Shown here: piece after piece, positions 36,982 to 47,767 of the stretch
How the letters are laid out: each line of letters starts with the position of its first letter
How positions within the stretch are numbered: the first letter of the stretch is position 1
NCBI GenBank assembly: GCA_903925515.1
Contig: CAIYFP010000056.1
Coordinates: 924 to 64,923, forward strand
From: an uncultured Verrucomicrobiota bacterium
GTDB lineage: Bacteria; Verrucomicrobiota; Verrucomicrobiia; Limisphaerales; UBA9464
Reading direction: 5' to 3'
Length of the DNA stretch: 64,000 bases
The notes under the pieces: generated by a model
The model's database searches: none
What the model was told of the DNA's origin: nothing
What the model saw: only the letters and a program-made list of their open reading frames with translations
Made by a program: the position numbers and the translations under genes

Positions 36982-38082
36982 TCAAAGGCCGAACAGGCGT
37001 CGTGCGTTGCCGGACAAGATCGCCGCCTCCTCTGCGGCCCCGAGGCGCAGGCTTCGCAACGGGCCGAGGATCTCGCCGGGCTGGACCCATGGGTGGTCGC
37101 TCGCGTAGAGCAGCCGCCCCGGGCCGCTGAAGTCCACCGCGAACCGCATCGCCTCCGGCAGGGGCGACACCACGTCCATGTAGATGGACCGGAGGTACTC
37201 GCTGGGCTTGCGCTGGAGGTTCTGCGGGCCGCGCTTGAGGACGCGCAGTTGATGGTCCATGCGGCCGGAGATGTAGGGCAACGTGCCCCCGAGGTGGGGG
37301 CACACGAGCTTCAGCCGTGGATGCCGGTCGAGGAGGCCGCTCGCGATGATGCGCGCCAACGCGATCGTGTTCTCGAACATGTTGCCCAGCGTGCTGGTGA
37401 GCTCGTAGCCCTTCACCTGCCCAGTCGTCAGCGGCCGTGCCGGGTGCAGCAGGACCGGCACGCCCAACTCCTCCGCGCGCGCGTACAGCCAATGAAACCG
37501 GGGCTCGTCGCACCATGCGTCCGCGAGGTTGGTGTAGAGCAGGACCCCGACGAACCCCAGCCGCTTCACGCACCGGTCCAGCTCGGCCGCCGACGCCCGC
37601 TCGTCCTGCAAGGGCAACGTGCATAGGCCCCGGAACCGGCCCGGGTGCGCCGCCGCCACCTGCGCGATCGAGTCATGGACCAGCCGCGACACCGCCGGGC
37701 CATCGTCCCCGAACCATTCCGGGCCGGGGTCGTTGTTGCTTAGCAACGTGGTTCCGATGCCATGCGCATCCATCGCCCGGAGCTTGGCATCCACGCTCAT
37801 GTATTCCGGCGGGATCTTGCGAAGCCAGTCCCCCATCCGAAGCCATGTCACCCCGTCGCGCTCGTACACCATGGGGTCCGTGCGCCGACGTCGCATCAGC
37901 TCGATCACCGGCGCCAGGAAGAGGTGGCTTTGGCAATCCACGATCCCGCCCGCCACGCCGCCGCCCTTTCCTCCTTCGTCGCGCATGGTCCGTTGGCCCC
38001 GCGACGGCGTCGCGGCCATCACGGACCCGACACCCGAAGCCGCCAAGAAACCCCTCCGGTTCAACTCACGAACATTCATCAT
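36982..38082 (-). CDS. Amidohydrolase-2 (ACMSD-like) family protein with Tat signal
   Basis: MMNVRELNRRGFLAASGVGSVMAA is a Tat signal. IVDCQSHLF provides the metal-binding His, LLHPARP and the C-terminal YASDHPW supply the Asp/His, and the protein ends GNARRLFGL. Confidence 0.7.
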   Translation of the reverse strand: MMNVRELNRRGFLAASGVGSVMAATPSRGQRTMRDEGGKGGGVAGGIVDCQSHLFLAPVIELMRRRRTDPMVYERDGVTWLRMGDWLRKIPPEYMSVDAKLRAMDAHGIGTTLLSNNDPGPEWFGDDGPAVSRLVHDSIAQVAAAHPGRFRGLCTLPLQDERASAAELDRCVKRLGFVGVLLYTNLADAWCDEPRFHWLYARAEELGVPVLLHPARPLTTGQVKGYELTSTLGNMFENTIALARIIASGLLDRHPRLKLVCPHLGGTLPYISGRMDHQLRVLKRGPQNLQRKPSEYLRSIYMDVVSPLPEAMRFAVDFSGPGRLLYASDHPWVQPGEILGPLRSLRLGAAEEAAILSGNARRLFGL

Positions 38083-38249
38083 CGCCTCCGGTCCCGGTCC
38101 ATGTCATGGGAGCGCAAGACGCCTGCATTGCAAGCGTCCCATCCGCTTGTTGGGGGGTCTTCGGCGGCAAGCGCCATCTCGGCGGGACGGGTTGGCACGG
38201 TCCATCTCCGCGAGCGGGCGCGATGCCCGGGAAGCGAGTGCGCCGCCGT

Positions 38250-40259
38250 TCACTCGTCGGATTGGGACAGCTTCGCCACGACGGAGAAGTCCTCGAGCGT
38301 GGTGGTGTCCCCCTTGATCTCGGCGCCGGAGGCGATCTGCTTCAGGAGCCGCCTCATGATCTTGCCGGAGCGCGTCTTGGGAAGGGCCTCGGCGAAGCGG
38401 ACGTCGTCGGGACGCGCGACGGGCCCGATTTCCTTGCCCACGTGTTGTCGCAGCTCGTTCTTGAGGCCGGGATGGGCATCCACGCCCGTCTTGAGGGTGA
38501 CGAAGCAGACAAGGGCCTGGCCCTTGAGCTCGTCGGGCCTCCCCACGACGGCGGCCTCGGCGACGGAGGGATGGCTCACGAGGGCGCTCTCGACCTCGGC
38601 CGTCCCGATGCGGTGGCCGGCCACGTTGAGGACGTCGTCGATGCGGCCCACGATCCAGAAGTAGCCGTCCTCGTCCTGCCGGCAGCCGTCGCCCGTGAAG
38701 TACGAGCCCTTCACCTCCGACCAGTAGGTTTGCTTGTAGCGGGCCGGGTCGCCCCAGATGCCGCGAAGCATGGAGGGCCATGGCTTGCGGATGACGAGCT
38801 TTCCGCCCGTGTTGCGGGGCACCGCCTTGCCGGCGTCGTCCACGACCTCCGGCAGCACGCCAAGGAACGGCAAGGTCGCCGTGCCCGGCTTCAACGGCGT
38901 GGCGCCCGGCAAGGGGGAGATGAGGATGGAGCCGGTCTCCGTCTGCCACCACGTGTCCACGATGGGGCAACGGCCACCGCCCACGACCTTGTGGTACCAC
39001 ATCCATGCCTCGGGATTGATGGGCTCGCCAACGGAGCCCAGAAGGCGGAGCGAGGAGAGGTCGTGCCTCGTGACCCATGCGTCGCCCCACTTCATGAAGG
39101 CCCGGATGGCGGTGGGCGCGGTATAGAGAATGGTGACGCGGTACTTCTCGATGATGCGCCAGAACCGGTCGTTCTCCGGCCAGTTGGGCGCGCCCTCGTA
39201 CATCACGCAGGTGGTGCCGTTCGCAAGCGGGCCGTACACGATGTAGCTATGGCCCGTGACCCAGCCCACGTCGGCCGTGCACCAGTACACGTCGTCGTCC
39301 CGCACGTCGAAGACGAGCTTGTGGGTGAGCTTGGCGCCGAGAAGGTACCCGGCGGTGGTGTGGAGAATGCCCTTGGGCTTCCCGGTCGAGCCGCTGGTGT
39401 AGAGGATGAACAGGGGCGACTCGGAATCCATGCGGGCGGGCTCGCACCGCGAGTCCACGTACTCCAGCTCCCGGTGCCACCACACGTCGCGCCCCTCCGC
39501 CATGTGGACCTCGTGCCCGGTGCGCCGGAGCACCACCACCTTCTCCACCGTCCTGGCAAGGAGGCCGCCGGCCGCGTCATGGATCGCGAGCGCATCGTCC
39601 ACGTTCTTCTTCAACGGCACGATGCCGCCCCGCCGGTAGCCGCCGTCGGAGGTCACCACGAGCTTCGCCCCGCAGTCATGGATGCGGTCCGCCACGGACT
39701 GGGCGCTGAAGCCGCCGAACACCACGGAGTGGATGGCGCCAATGCGCGTGCAGGCGAGCATGGCGATGGCGGCCTCCGGGACCATCGGGAGGTACAGGAT
39801 GACGCGGTCGCCCTTCTTGACGCCGTTTCGCCTGAGGACGTTGGCAAAGCGGCACACCTCGCGGTGCAACTGGGCGAAGGTGTACACGCGCTCCTCGCCG
39901 GGGCGGCCGTCGGTGGCGGGCTCGCCCTCCCAGATCAAGGCGGCCTTGTTGGCCGTCGCGGTGCCCAGCCACTTGTCGAGGCAGTTGGCGGAAACGTTGA
40001 GCTGGCCGCCGACGAACCACTTGGCGACGGGCTCCTTCCACTGGAGCACCTTCTTGAAGGGCCTCTGCCATGCCAGCTCGGCCTTCGCATGCCGCGCCCA
40101 GAAGCGCTCGGGCTGCCGGACCGACTCGGTCCAGAGCTTCTTGTAGGCGGCCAACGAGCCAACATGGGCGGCGGCGGAGAAATCCTTGGAGGGCTTGAAC
40201 ACCCGGGTTTCGTTGAGGAGCGACCGGATGTTGTTCGATGCGACAGGCTTCTTGCTCAT
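38250..40259 (-). CDS. acs: Acetyl-CoA synthetase
   Basis: The ATG at 40259 gives [58 protein letters not shown] and [14 protein letters not shown] are all present. Confidence 0.95.
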   Translation of the reverse strand: MSKKPVASNNIRSLLNETRVFKPSKDFSAAAHVGSLAAYKKLWTESVRQPERFWARHAKAELAWQRPFKKVLQWKEPVAKWFVGGQLNVSANCLDKWLGTATANKAALIWEGEPATDGRPGEERVYTFAQLHREVCRFANVLRRNGVKKGDRVILYLPMVPEAAIAMLACTRIGAIHSVVFGGFSAQSVADRIHDCGAKLVVTSDGGYRRGGIVPLKKNVDDALAIHDAAGGLLARTVEKVVVLRRTGHEVHMAEGRDVWWHRELEYVDSRCEPARMDSESPLFILYTSGSTGKPKGILHTTAGYLLGAKLTHKLVFDVRDDDVYWCTADVGWVTGHSYIVYGPLANGTTCVMYEGAPNWPENDRFWRIIEKYRVTILYTAPTAIRAFMKWGDAWVTRHDLSSLRLLGSVGEPINPEAWMWYHKVVGGGRCPIVDTWWQTETGSILISPLPGATPLKPGTATLPFLGVLPEVVDDAGKAVPRNTGGKLVIRKPWPSMLRGIWGDPARYKQTYWSEVKGSYFTGDGCRQDEDGYFWIVGRIDDVLNVAGHRIGTAEVESALVSHPSVAEAAVVGRPDELKGQALVCFVTLKTGVDAHPGLKNELRQHVGKEIGPVARPDDVRFAEALPKTRSGKIMRRLLKQIASGAEIKGDTTTLEDFSVVAKLSQSDE

Positions 40260-40370
40260 GGTGAAACGCTGGGCAAAGCGTGCTCGAACCCGGAGGGCCG
40301 AGTCAACGCGGCCCATGCCGTCCCGGGGCCGCGCCGGCCATGGGGACGGGTGCGCGGAGGGCGAGGAAGG

Positions 40371-41291
40371 TCAGCCCCCCTTGATCTCGAAGAACGCGTT
40401 CGCGAAGTCCCGCGCGACGAACGGCTGGAGGTCGTCCGGCTGCTCGCCCACGCCGATGAACTTCACCGGGATGCCCAGCTCGCGCTGGATCGCCACCACC
40501 ACCCCGCCCTTGGACGTGCCGTCGAGCTTGGTCACGACAAGCCCCGTAAGGCGGCAGATCTTGTTGAACTCCCGCGCCTGGTTGATCGCGTTCTGCCCGC
40601 TCGACCCGTCCAGCACCAGCAATACCTCGTGCGGCGCCCCGGGCAGCTTCTTGTCCATCACCCGGTGCACCTTGGCCAGTTCCTGCATCAGGTTGTGCTT
40701 CGTGTGCAGCCGCCCCGCCGTGTCCACGAACAGGTACCGCGCCCCGCGCGACATCGCCGCACCGATCGCGTCGTGCGCGACCGCCGCAGGGTCGGCGTTC
40801 GGGGCGCCCGACACCACCGGCACGTCCAGCCGTTGCCCCCAAAGCTTCAATTGTTCCACCGCGGCCGCACGGAAGGTGTCGCACGCCGCCAACACCGACC
40901 CATGCCCTTGCCCCCGCACCAGTTGCGCCAGCTTCGCCGACGTCGTCGTCTTCCCCGTGCCGTTCACCCCCACCAACGACACCACGGTCAGGCCGTCCGC
41001 TCGCAACGCCAGCGGGGAGGCCCCGGCGGACAACGACTTCTCCACCTCGCGCGCTGCAATCTCGAAAACGTCCGGGCCCGCGCGCCCCTGCGTCTCGTAG
41101 GCCTGCTTCACCGCGGCGACGATCTGCCGCGTCATGGGGAGGCCAAGGTCCGCCCCAAGCAACGCCGCCTCCAGCTCCTCAAGGCTCGTCCCCGTCATCC
41201 GGGGCGAGCGCGTCACGATCCGCTGGATTTCGTGCGCGAGCACGGACGTGGTCCGCGAGATCGCCGACTTGAGCTTGTCAAAGAACCCCAT
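40371..41291 (-). CDS. ftsY: Signal recognition particle receptor FtsY
   Basis: GVNGTGKTTTSAKLA is the P-loop. CDTFRAAAVEQL, DTAGRLH and TKLDGTSKGG are also present. Confidence 0.9.
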   Translation of the reverse strand: MGFFDKLKSAISRTTSVLAHEIQRIVTRSPRMTGTSLEELEAALLGADLGLPMTRQIVAAVKQAYETQGRAGPDVFEIAAREVEKSLSAGASPLALRADGLTVVSLVGVNGTGKTTTSAKLAQLVRGQGHGSVLAACDTFRAAAVEQLKLWGQRLDVPVVSGAPNADPAAVAHDAIGAAMSRGARYLFVDTAGRLHTKHNLMQELAKVHRVMDKKLPGAPHEVLLVLDGSSGQNAINQAREFNKICRLTGLVVTKLDGTSKGGVVVAIQRELGIPVKFIGVGEQPDDLQPFVARDFANAFFEIKGG

Positions 41292-41321
41292 GTGCTTCTC
41301 CCGTTGCAGTCACCCGGCTCG

Positions 41322-42167
41322 TCAAGTCACGCCGCTCCGGGGGCGTCGCGCCCGGAGCTGTTCCACGCGGTCATAGGGGAGGCGCACGCGACCGATCAAG
41401 GGCTCCAGCTTCGCCATGCCATGGCAATCCGAGCCTCCCGTCGCCACCAGCCCGGCGCGGCATGCCATCCCCTCGTAGCGCGCCGCGTCGGACGCCGAGT
41501 GCCGCGTATGCCAGCATTCGACGCCGTCCATGCCCCGCGAAAGGACGCGCCCCACCAGCCCGTCGTCCCGGTACAAGGCCGGGTGCGCCAACACCGCCAC
41601 GCCACCGGCGTCGCGGATGAGCCCCACCGCCTCGTCCACCGTCATCCGAGCCTTGGGGACCCAGCCCGCGCGCCCCTTCTTGAGATACTTGTCGAAGGCA
41701 TCGTCGTAGTCCGACGCATGGCCGGCCGCGACCAAGGCCCTTGCGACGTGCGGCCGGCCGGGCGCCGAGCAATTGGCCACGGCCCGAACCGCCTCCAGCT
41801 CCATGGGGACGCCGGCCCGCCTCAACGAGGCCACCATTTCCTCGATGCGTTCCTGGCGAACCCTCTGGAACCGCGCCAGCTCGCTCCGGAGCCGGTCGTT
41901 CCCGGCGTCCAGCCAGTAGCCCAGCACGTGCACCTCCTTGCCTTCCGCGTCCGCGGTCAGCTCCGCGCCCGGCACGAACTCCACGCCCGCCGCCGCCGCC
42001 GCCGCCGCCATCCGGGGGCAACCCTCCAAGGAGTCATGGTCCGTCAACGCCAGCACCCCAAGGCCTGCCTCCACGCCGCGCGCCACCACTTCCTCCGGGC
42101 TGAAGGTGCCGTCGGAGTAGAACGTGTGGAGATGAAGGTCCGCGCTCTTCACGAGGCCCGTCGTCAC
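41322..42167 (-). CDS. PHP-domain phosphoesterase (TrpH/YciV-like)
   Basis: ADLHLHTFYSDGTFSPEE and LALTDHDSLEG are present. The GTG start overlaps the nusB stop (GTGA at 42164-42167). Confidence 0.8.
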   Translation of the reverse strand: MTTGLVKSADLHLHTFYSDGTFSPEEVVARGVEAGLGVLALTDHDSLEGCPRMAAAAAAAGVEFVPGAELTADAEGKEVHVLGYWLDAGNDRLRSELARFQRVRQERIEEMVASLRRAGVPMELEAVRAVANCSAPGRPHVARALVAAGHASDYDDAFDKYLKKGRAGWVPKARMTVDEAVGLIRDAGGVAVLAHPALYRDDGLVGRVLSRGMDGVECWHTRHSASDAARYEGMACRAGLVATGGSDCHGMAKLEPLIGRVRLPYDRVEQLRARRPRSGVT

Positions 42168-42676
42168 GGCAACGGGGTGTCCTTGGCGGTCCGCGCCGGG
42201 CGCAGGATCTCGGCGCGCACCTTGTCGAGGATGCCGTTCACGAACTTGCCGCTCTCATGGGTGGAAAACTTCTTGGCGATGTCCACGGCCTCGTTGATCG
42301 ACACCACCGGCGGGATGTCGTCCCGGTGCAGCATCTCGTGGATCGCGAGGCGCAGGATGTTGCGATCCACGACGGCCATCCGGTGCAGGTCCCAGTTCTT
42401 CGTGTGGCGCCGGATGACCTCGTCGAGGACCTCCCGGTGCTGCAACACGCCCCGGACCAGCTTGTCCGCGAACAGGCGCGTGGCCGTGTCCTCGGCGGTG
42501 GGCGGGCCCAACTCCACCTTTTCGCCCCATGTAGGCCCCGCCGCCTCCACCGCCGCGTTCAACCGCGTGTTGCTCCAGAACACCTCCAGCGCCGGATCGA
42601 GGTCCGACGCCGGGCTCACGTCATGCTGGAACAAAAATTGAACAGCCCGCTCCCGGGCTTCCCGCCGCTTGCGCAT
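42164..42676 (-). CDS. nusB: Transcription antitermination factor NusB
   Basis: The ATG at 42674-42676 gives MRKRREARERAVQFLFQHD. AIHEMLHRDDIPPVVSINEAVDIAKKFSTHESGKFVNGILD is the conserved NusB core. The upstream part of the listed ORF belongs to the arsR-like gene in another frame. Confidence 0.85.
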   Translation of the reverse strand: MRKRREARERAVQFLFQHDVSPASDLDPALEVFWSNTRLNAAVEAAGPTWGEKVELGPPTAEDTATRLFADKLVRGVLQHREVLDEVIRRHTKNWDLHRMAVVDRNILRLAIHEMLHRDDIPPVVSINEAVDIAKKFSTHESGKFVNGILDKVRAEILRPARTAKDTPLP

Positions 42677-43086
42677 CAGGCGCGTAGCTTGCGCCCCGGC
42701 TTCCCCCGCTGGGAAGGCGATTCTTGGACCGGCGCCGGCGCCAGCGCCTCCGAGGCCCGCTCGTGCCCCCTCCGAACCATGTCGCACACCACCTTGCAAA
42801 GCTCCGGGAGGGCGGGGTCGGCAAGGCTGTAGAGCACCTGCAGGCCCTCCTTCCGGCGCCGCAGGATGCCCGCGTCCACCAGCACCTGCAGGTGCCTTGA
42901 TGCGTTGGCCTGCCCGAGCCCGGCCTCCTCGCCGAGGGCACCGGCCCCCTTCTCGCCCGACATCGCTGCCCTGACCAGCTTCAGCCGGCTGGGCTCGCCC
43001 AGCGCCCGGAACCTTGAAGCCACCATCACGAGGGCCTCCTCCGACATCCCGCGCGGGTCCAGCCCGCCCCGATCGCTCGCCTTCAT
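42676..43086 (-). CDS. ArsR/SmtB-family transcriptional regulator
   Basis: FRALGEPSRLKLVRAA...GLGQANASRHLQVLVDAGILRRRKEGLQVLYSL is an ArsR-type wHTH. I chose the ATG at 43086 so that the AT-rich block stays upstream. The TGA overlaps the nusB ATG (TGATG). Confidence 0.8.
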   Translation of the reverse strand: MKASDRGGLDPRGMSEEALVMVASRFRALGEPSRLKLVRAAMSGEKGAGALGEEAGLGQANASRHLQVLVDAGILRRRKEGLQVLYSLADPALPELCKVVCDMVRRGHERASEALAPAPVQESPSQRGKPGRKLRA

Positions 43087-43100
43087 CTTTTGCTTGCAGC

Positions 43101-43140
43101 CTTTAATATTACTGGATAGTGAAATAGTCAATAATTCAGT
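43101..43140. promoter_or_regulatory. AT-rich divergent promoter/operator region between arsR-like gene and efflux operon
   Basis: ctttaatattactggatagtgaaatagtcaataattcagt is the only strongly AT-rich stretch I noticed in the window. It contains an imperfect inverted repeat, ATTACTGGATAG / ATAGTCAATAAT (8 of 12 positions complementary by my alignment). Any operator function is inferred. Confidence 0.4.
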
Positions 43141-43189
43141 GAACAACGCGCCCGTCGCCGCGGTCCACCCCGCACATCGTCAACATCTC

Positions 43190-43420
43190 ATGAACACCGA
43201 GAACATCATCCGCGCCCTCGCGGGCTCCCTCGTCCTCCTCTCCCTCGCCCTCGCAAGGCTCGTCCATCCCAACTTCCTGCTCCTCGCCGCCTTCGTCGGC
43301 CTCAACCTCCTCCAGTCCGCCTTCACCGGCCTTTGCCCCGCCGAGTCCGTCATCCGCAGGTTCCGCCGCACCCCGCCCGCGCCCGCGCCCCCGTGCTGCA
43401 CGAAGGACCCCGTGCCCTGA
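43190..43420 (+). CDS. DUF2892 (YgaP-like) small membrane protein
   Basis: MNTENIIRALAGSLVLLSLALARLV...FVGLNLLQSAFTGLCPAESVIRRF has two TM helices and the conserved G-x-CP motif. Confidence 0.65.
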   Translation: MNTENIIRALAGSLVLLSLALARLVHPNFLLLAAFVGLNLLQSAFTGLCPAESVIRRFRRTPPAPAPPCCTKDPVP

Positions 43421-43433
43421 GCGGAGCCCCCCC

Positions 43434-44456
43434 ATGCGCGCCCTCGCCTTCATCCTCCCGGCCCCGCTTCTCGTCCTCCTCGCGGGCTGCCACGAGCCCT
43501 CCCATCCCCTGCCCCGGCCACCCCTGCCGGCCCAGCGCGTCAAGCTGGCCATGGCCTCCACCAACGCATGGATCGCCTCCGAGGCCGTCCTCGGCACCGT
43601 TCGTCCCCGCCTCCGCGCGACCGTCGAGGCCAAGGCTGCCGGCCGCATCGAGTCCTTCCCGGCGGTTCCCGGGCAACGCGTGCAGCCCGGCGACCTCCTC
43701 GCCCTCCTTGACTCGCGCGAGCCGCGCGCCCGCCTCGACTCCGCCCGCGCGACCGCCGACCAAGCCCGGCGCGACCGCGACCGCGTCGCACGGCTTGTAG
43801 GCCAAGGCGCGGCAACCCCGGCCGAGCTCGACGCCGTGGATGCTCGCCTTCGCGTCGCCGAGGCCGCCGTGTCGGAGGCCGAGACGATGCTCGGGCACGC
43901 CCGGGTCACCGCCCCTTTTGCGGGCACCATCACCCGCAAGCACGCCGACGTGGGCGACCTTGCCACGCCGGGCAGGCCGCTGGTCGAGCTCGAGGACCCA
44001 TCGCGGCTTCGCCTTGAGGCGGATGTCCCGGAGGCGCTGGTTGCAAGCGTCCCACTTGGGAGCCGCATGGTGGTCCATGCCGGCGCCGACACCCGGCCCA
44101 TCGACGCCACCGTCTCCGAGGTCGCGCCGGTCGCGGACTCCATCAGCCGAACCCACCTTGTGAAGCTCGACCTCCCGCCCCTGCCGGGGCTGCGGTCCGG
44201 ACAATTTGGCCGCGTCGCGGTTCCCTCGGGCGCGGCGGACGTGCTGCACGTTCCCCGTGCGGCCCTGTTGCGCCGCGGACAGCTTGAGTTTGTCATGGTG
44301 GCCGACCGGGGCGTCGCCCGGCTGCGCCTCGTGCGCTCGGGCATGCAAGACTCCGGCCGGGTCGCCCTGCTTTCGGGCCTCGCCGTCGGCGAGCAGGTTG
44401 TGGTCTCCGGGCTGGACAACCTCCGTGACGGCCAACCGGTGGAGGTTGAGCCGTGA
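43434..44456 (+). CDS. Efflux RND transporter periplasmic adaptor (MFP) lipoprotein
   Basis: The signal peptide carries lipobox LLAGC. Lipoyl-like/hairpin segments are [24 protein letters not shown] and [23 protein letters not shown]. Confidence 0.85.
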   Translation: MRALAFILPAPLLVLLAGCHEPSHPLPRPPLPAQRVKLAMASTNAWIASEAVLGTVRPRLRATVEAKAAGRIESFPAVPGQRVQPGDLLALLDSREPRARLDSARATADQARRDRDRVARLVGQGAATPAELDAVDARLRVAEAAVSEAETMLGHARVTAPFAGTITRKHADVGDLATPGRPLVELEDPSRLRLEADVPEALVASVPLGSRMVVHAGADTRPIDATVSEVAPVADSISRTHLVKLDLPPLPGLRSGQFGRVAVPSGAADVLHVPRAALLRRGQLEFVMVADRGVARLRLVRSGMQDSGRVALLSGLAVGEQVVVSGLDNLRDGQPVEVEP

Positions 44457-47400
44457 CGCCACCTTCCTCCGGGGACACGCGGGCCGTTGCGGACGCCGGG
44501 CACGCCGGGATCGCCGGGCGCATCGCCGCCGCGTTCGTCCACTCGCCGCTCACGCCGCTCGTCGTGCTGGCCTCCGTGCTCCTTGGCGCGTTCGCCATCC
44601 TGATGCTGCCCCGGGAAGAGGAGCCCCAGATCAAGGTGCCGATGATCGACGTGATGGTGTCGATGCCCGGCTCGGACGCCGCGGAGGTTGAGGAGCGCGC
44701 GACCCGGCCCATGGAAAAGCTCCTGTGGGAGATCGCGGGCGTCGAGTACCTCTACTCCCAGTCCCGCGAGGGCGAGGCGCTGGCCATCGTCCGCTTCAAG
44801 GTGGGTTCCGACCCCGACGCCAGCCTTGTGAAGGTGACCGAGAAGCTGCGTGCCAACCTCGACCGGATGCCGCACGGCGTGGCCTTCCCGATGGTCAAGC
44901 CCCGGTCCATCGACGACGTCCCGATCCTCGCGCTCACGTTTCACGGCCCGCGCCAGGATCCCCTCCAGCTCCGCCGCCTCGTCGCCCAGGTGGACGACGC
45001 CGTGAAGCAGGTGCCCCTCGTGGCCGAGACGTCCGTCATCGGCGGCGCAAGGCGGGTTCTTCGCATCGACATCGACCCCGTGCGCCTTGCGTCGCGCGGC
45101 CTGACCCCGGCGGGGCTCGTCCCCATGCTCCGCCAAGCCAACCGTCGCCTCCACGGCGGGGACCTCACGTCGGCCAACCAGTCCATCGTCGTCGAGACCG
45201 GCTCCTTCCTTCGCGACGCCGAGGACGTCGGCAACGTCGTCGTGGGCGTTGCCTCGGGTCGCCCCACCTACCTTCGCGAGGTGGCCCGCATCGAGGACAG
45301 GCCCGAAGAGCCGTCCAGCTACGTCCTCTTCGGCAGGGGCGCCCATGCCGGGGGCGAGGACACGCCCGAGGAGCCCGCCGTGACCTTGTCGGTCGCCAAG
45401 CGTCCCGGGGCCAACGCCATCGCCGTCGCCCGAGACGTGCTCGCCAAGGTCGAGGCGCTGAAGGGCGTGATCATTCCATCGGACGTCACCGTCTCCGTGA
45501 CGCGCCACTACGGAGAGACGGCGGCGGAGAAGTCCGACGAGCTGTTGCTGCACATGGGCCTGGCCATCGTGAGCGTGTCGCTGCTGGTCTGGCTTGCGTT
45601 GGGCTGGCGCGAGTCCGGCATCGTGGCCGTCGCCATTCCCGCCACGCTGGCCCTCACCCTCCTCGTCTTCCACCTCAAGGGCTTCACCCTCAACCGCATC
45701 ACCCTGTTCGCCCTGATCTTCAGCATCGGCATCCTCGTGGACGACGCGATCGTCGTCGTCGAGAACATCGTCCGTCACTTTCACCTCCCGCGGAACGCCG
45801 GTCGCCCGTGGGCCGGCATCGCGGTCGAGGCCGTGGGCGAGGTTGGCAACCCCACCATCCTTGCGACGTTCGCGGTCATCGCGGCGGTGCTTCCCATGGC
45901 GTTCGTGGGAGGCCTGATGGGCCCGTACATGCGGCCCATCCCCGTGGGCGCCAGCGCGGCCATGTTCTGGTCGCTGCTGGTGGCCTTCGTGGTGACGCCA
46001 TGGGCCAGCATCCGGATGCTTCGCTGGTTCAAGGGCGAGGCCCGGCTCGCAAGGCAACACCAGTCCGGCCACGGCCATGACGACGCATTGACCCGGCTCT
46101 ATCGCCGCGTGATGGGCCCGCTGCTTTCCCGTCCAGCATGGAGATGGGCCTTCCTCGCCGGCATCGCCGTCCTCCTCCTTGCCGCGTTTGCCTCCGTCGG
46201 ATCGGGCTGGGTGAAGGTCAAGATGTTGCCCTTCGACAACAAGTCGGAGTTCCAGGTCATCCTGAACATGCCCGAGGGCTCCTCCCTCGAGCAGACGGCC
46301 GAGGTCGCGCGCAAGATGGCGCGAGTCCTTCGCGGCGAGCCCGAGGTCACGGACTATCAGGTCTATGTCGGGTTGGCCTCCCCCTTCAACTTCAACGGGC
46401 TTGTTCGCCACTACTTCCTGCGCCGCGGCCCTGGGGTTGCCGACATCCAGGTCAACCTGCGCCCCAAGCACCAGCGCAAGGCCCAGAGCCACGACATCGC
46501 GCGGCGCATCCGCCCCGCGCTCGCGGCCATCGCCATGGCACACGGCGCGCGCCTCGCCGTCGCCGAGGTCCCGCCGGGCCCGCCCGTGCTCCAGACGCTC
46601 GTCGCCGAGATCTACGGCCCCACCGACGCCGCACGCTCCCGTCTCGCCTCCGGGATCCGCTCGATCTTCGAGTCCACCCCGGGCGTGGTGGACGTGGATG
46701 CCTACGTCGAGGCCGACCAGCCCAAGGCCCGCGTCGTCATCGACAAGGAGAAGGCCGCCCTGCACGGCATCAGCGCCGAGGCCATCGCACGTTCCGTCCG
46801 CATCGCCGTGGGCGGGGAGTCCATCGACCTCCTCCATGTGCCCCACGAGAAGGAGGACGTGAACCTCGTGCTCCAGCTCCCGCGCGAGCACCGTTCCCGG
46901 CCCGAGGACATCCTCGCGATCCGGGTTCGCAGCGGCGACGGCAACGCCCTGCCCGAGCCCGGTCCCGGCTCCGGCACGGGCGGTGCCGGCATGGTTCCCC
47001 TGCGCGAGCTGGTCCGGGTTGAGCACGTCGTGGCCGACAAGACCCGGCATCGGAAGAACCTGATGCCGGTGACCTACGTGGTGGGCGACGTGGCGGGGGC
47101 CATCGAGAGCCCGGTATACGCGATCGCGGAGATGAACCGTCGCATCAAGGCCCTGCCGGGAAGCCCGGAGATCCACAACGCGGCCATGCCCGTGTCCGAC
47201 GCCGTCCCGTCCATGAAGTGGGACGGCGAATGGCACATCACCCTCGAGGTCTTCCGCGACCTTGGCCTCGCGTTCGCGGCCGTGCTGGTCCTCATCTACG
47301 TGCTCATGGTGGGGTGGTTCGGCTCGTTCATCACCCCGTTGGTCGTGATGGCGGCCATCCCGTTCTCCCTCGTCGGGATCCTGCCGGCGCACGGGCTGAT

Positions 47401-47737
47401 GGGGGCGTTCTTCACCGCCACCTCCATGATCGGCTTCATGGCCGGCGCGGGCATCGTGGTCCGCAATTCCATCATCCTCGTCGATTTCATCGAGCTGGGC
47501 CTCCGCGACGGCATGACGCTGGCCAACGCGGTCGTGGAGGCCGGCGCGGTTCGGTTCCGCCCGATGGTCCTGACGGCCGCGGCGGTCGTGGCAGGCGCGG
47601 CCGTCATCCTTGCCGACCCCATTTTCCAAGGGCTCGCCATCGCGCTCATGGCTGGCGAGATCGCCTCCCTCCTCATTAGCCGCATGGCCGTGCCCGTGCT
47701 CTACTTCATGGTCCAGCGCCGGCGACCCGCGCCTTGA
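44453..47737 (+). CDS. RND-family efflux permease (AcrB/CzcA superfamily)
   Basis: The 1094-aa protein has a GTG start overlapping the MFP stop (GTGA). The TM4 motif is [17 protein letters not shown]. It shows the 12-TM, two-large-loop architecture. I cannot assign a substrate class. Confidence 0.9.
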   Translation: MTPPSSGDTRAVADAGHAGIAGRIAAAFVHSPLTPLVVLASVLLGAFAILMLPREEEPQIKVPMIDVMVSMPGSDAAEVEERATRPMEKLLWEIAGVEYLYSQSREGEALAIVRFKVGSDPDASLVKVTEKLRANLDRMPHGVAFPMVKPRSIDDVPILALTFHGPRQDPLQLRRLVAQVDDAVKQVPLVAETSVIGGARRVLRIDIDPVRLASRGLTPAGLVPMLRQANRRLHGGDLTSANQSIVVETGSFLRDAEDVGNVVVGVASGRPTYLREVARIEDRPEEPSSYVLFGRGAHAGGEDTPEEPAVTLSVAKRPGANAIAVARDVLAKVEALKGVIIPSDVTVSVTRHYGETAAEKSDELLLHMGLAIVSVSLLVWLALGWRESGIVAVAIPATLALTLLVFHLKGFTLNRITLFALIFSIGILVDDAIVVVENIVRHFHLPRNAGRPWAGIAVEAVGEVGNPTILATFAVIAAVLPMAFVGGLMGPYMRPIPVGASAAMFWSLLVAFVVTPWASIRMLRWFKGEARLARQHQSGHGHDDALTRLYRRVMGPLLSRPAWRWAFLAGIAVLLLAAFASVGSGWVKVKMLPFDNKSEFQVILNMPEGSSLEQTAEVARKMARVLRGEPEVTDYQVYVGLASPFNFNGLVRHYFLRRGPGVADIQVNLRPKHQRKAQSHDIARRIRPALAAIAMAHGARLAVAEVPPGPPVLQTLVAEIYGPTDAARSRLASGIRSIFESTPGVVDVDAYVEADQPKARVVIDKEKAALHGISAEAIARSVRIAVGGESIDLLHVPHEKEDVNLVLQLPREHRSRPEDILAIRVRSGDGNALPEPGPGSGTGGAGMVPLRELVRVEHVVADKTRHRKNLMPVTYVVGDVAGAIESPVYAIAEMNRRIKALPGSPEIHNAAMPVSDAVPSMKWDGEWHITLEVFRDLGLAFAAVLVLIYVLMVGWFGSFITPLVVMAAIPFSLVGILPAHGLMGAFFTATSMIGFMAGAGIVVRNSIILVDFIELGLRDGMTLANAVVEAGAVRFRPMVLTAAAVVAGAAVILADPIFQGLAIALMAGEIASLLISRMAVPVLYFMVQRRRPAP

Positions 47738-47767
47738 TCGTGGGCGGGCCATCGCCAGAGTGGCCCT

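Noticed and set aside
37437-42641. 1734-aa ORF on the + strand spanning 5.2 kb
   Set aside because: It is antisense to the amidohydrolase, acs, ftsY, the PHP gene and nusB, all of which have unmistakable motifs. Its translation is R/P/G/A-rich junk. It stays open because acs, ftsY and the PHP gene happen to share one reading frame and high-GC antisense frames rarely contain stops.
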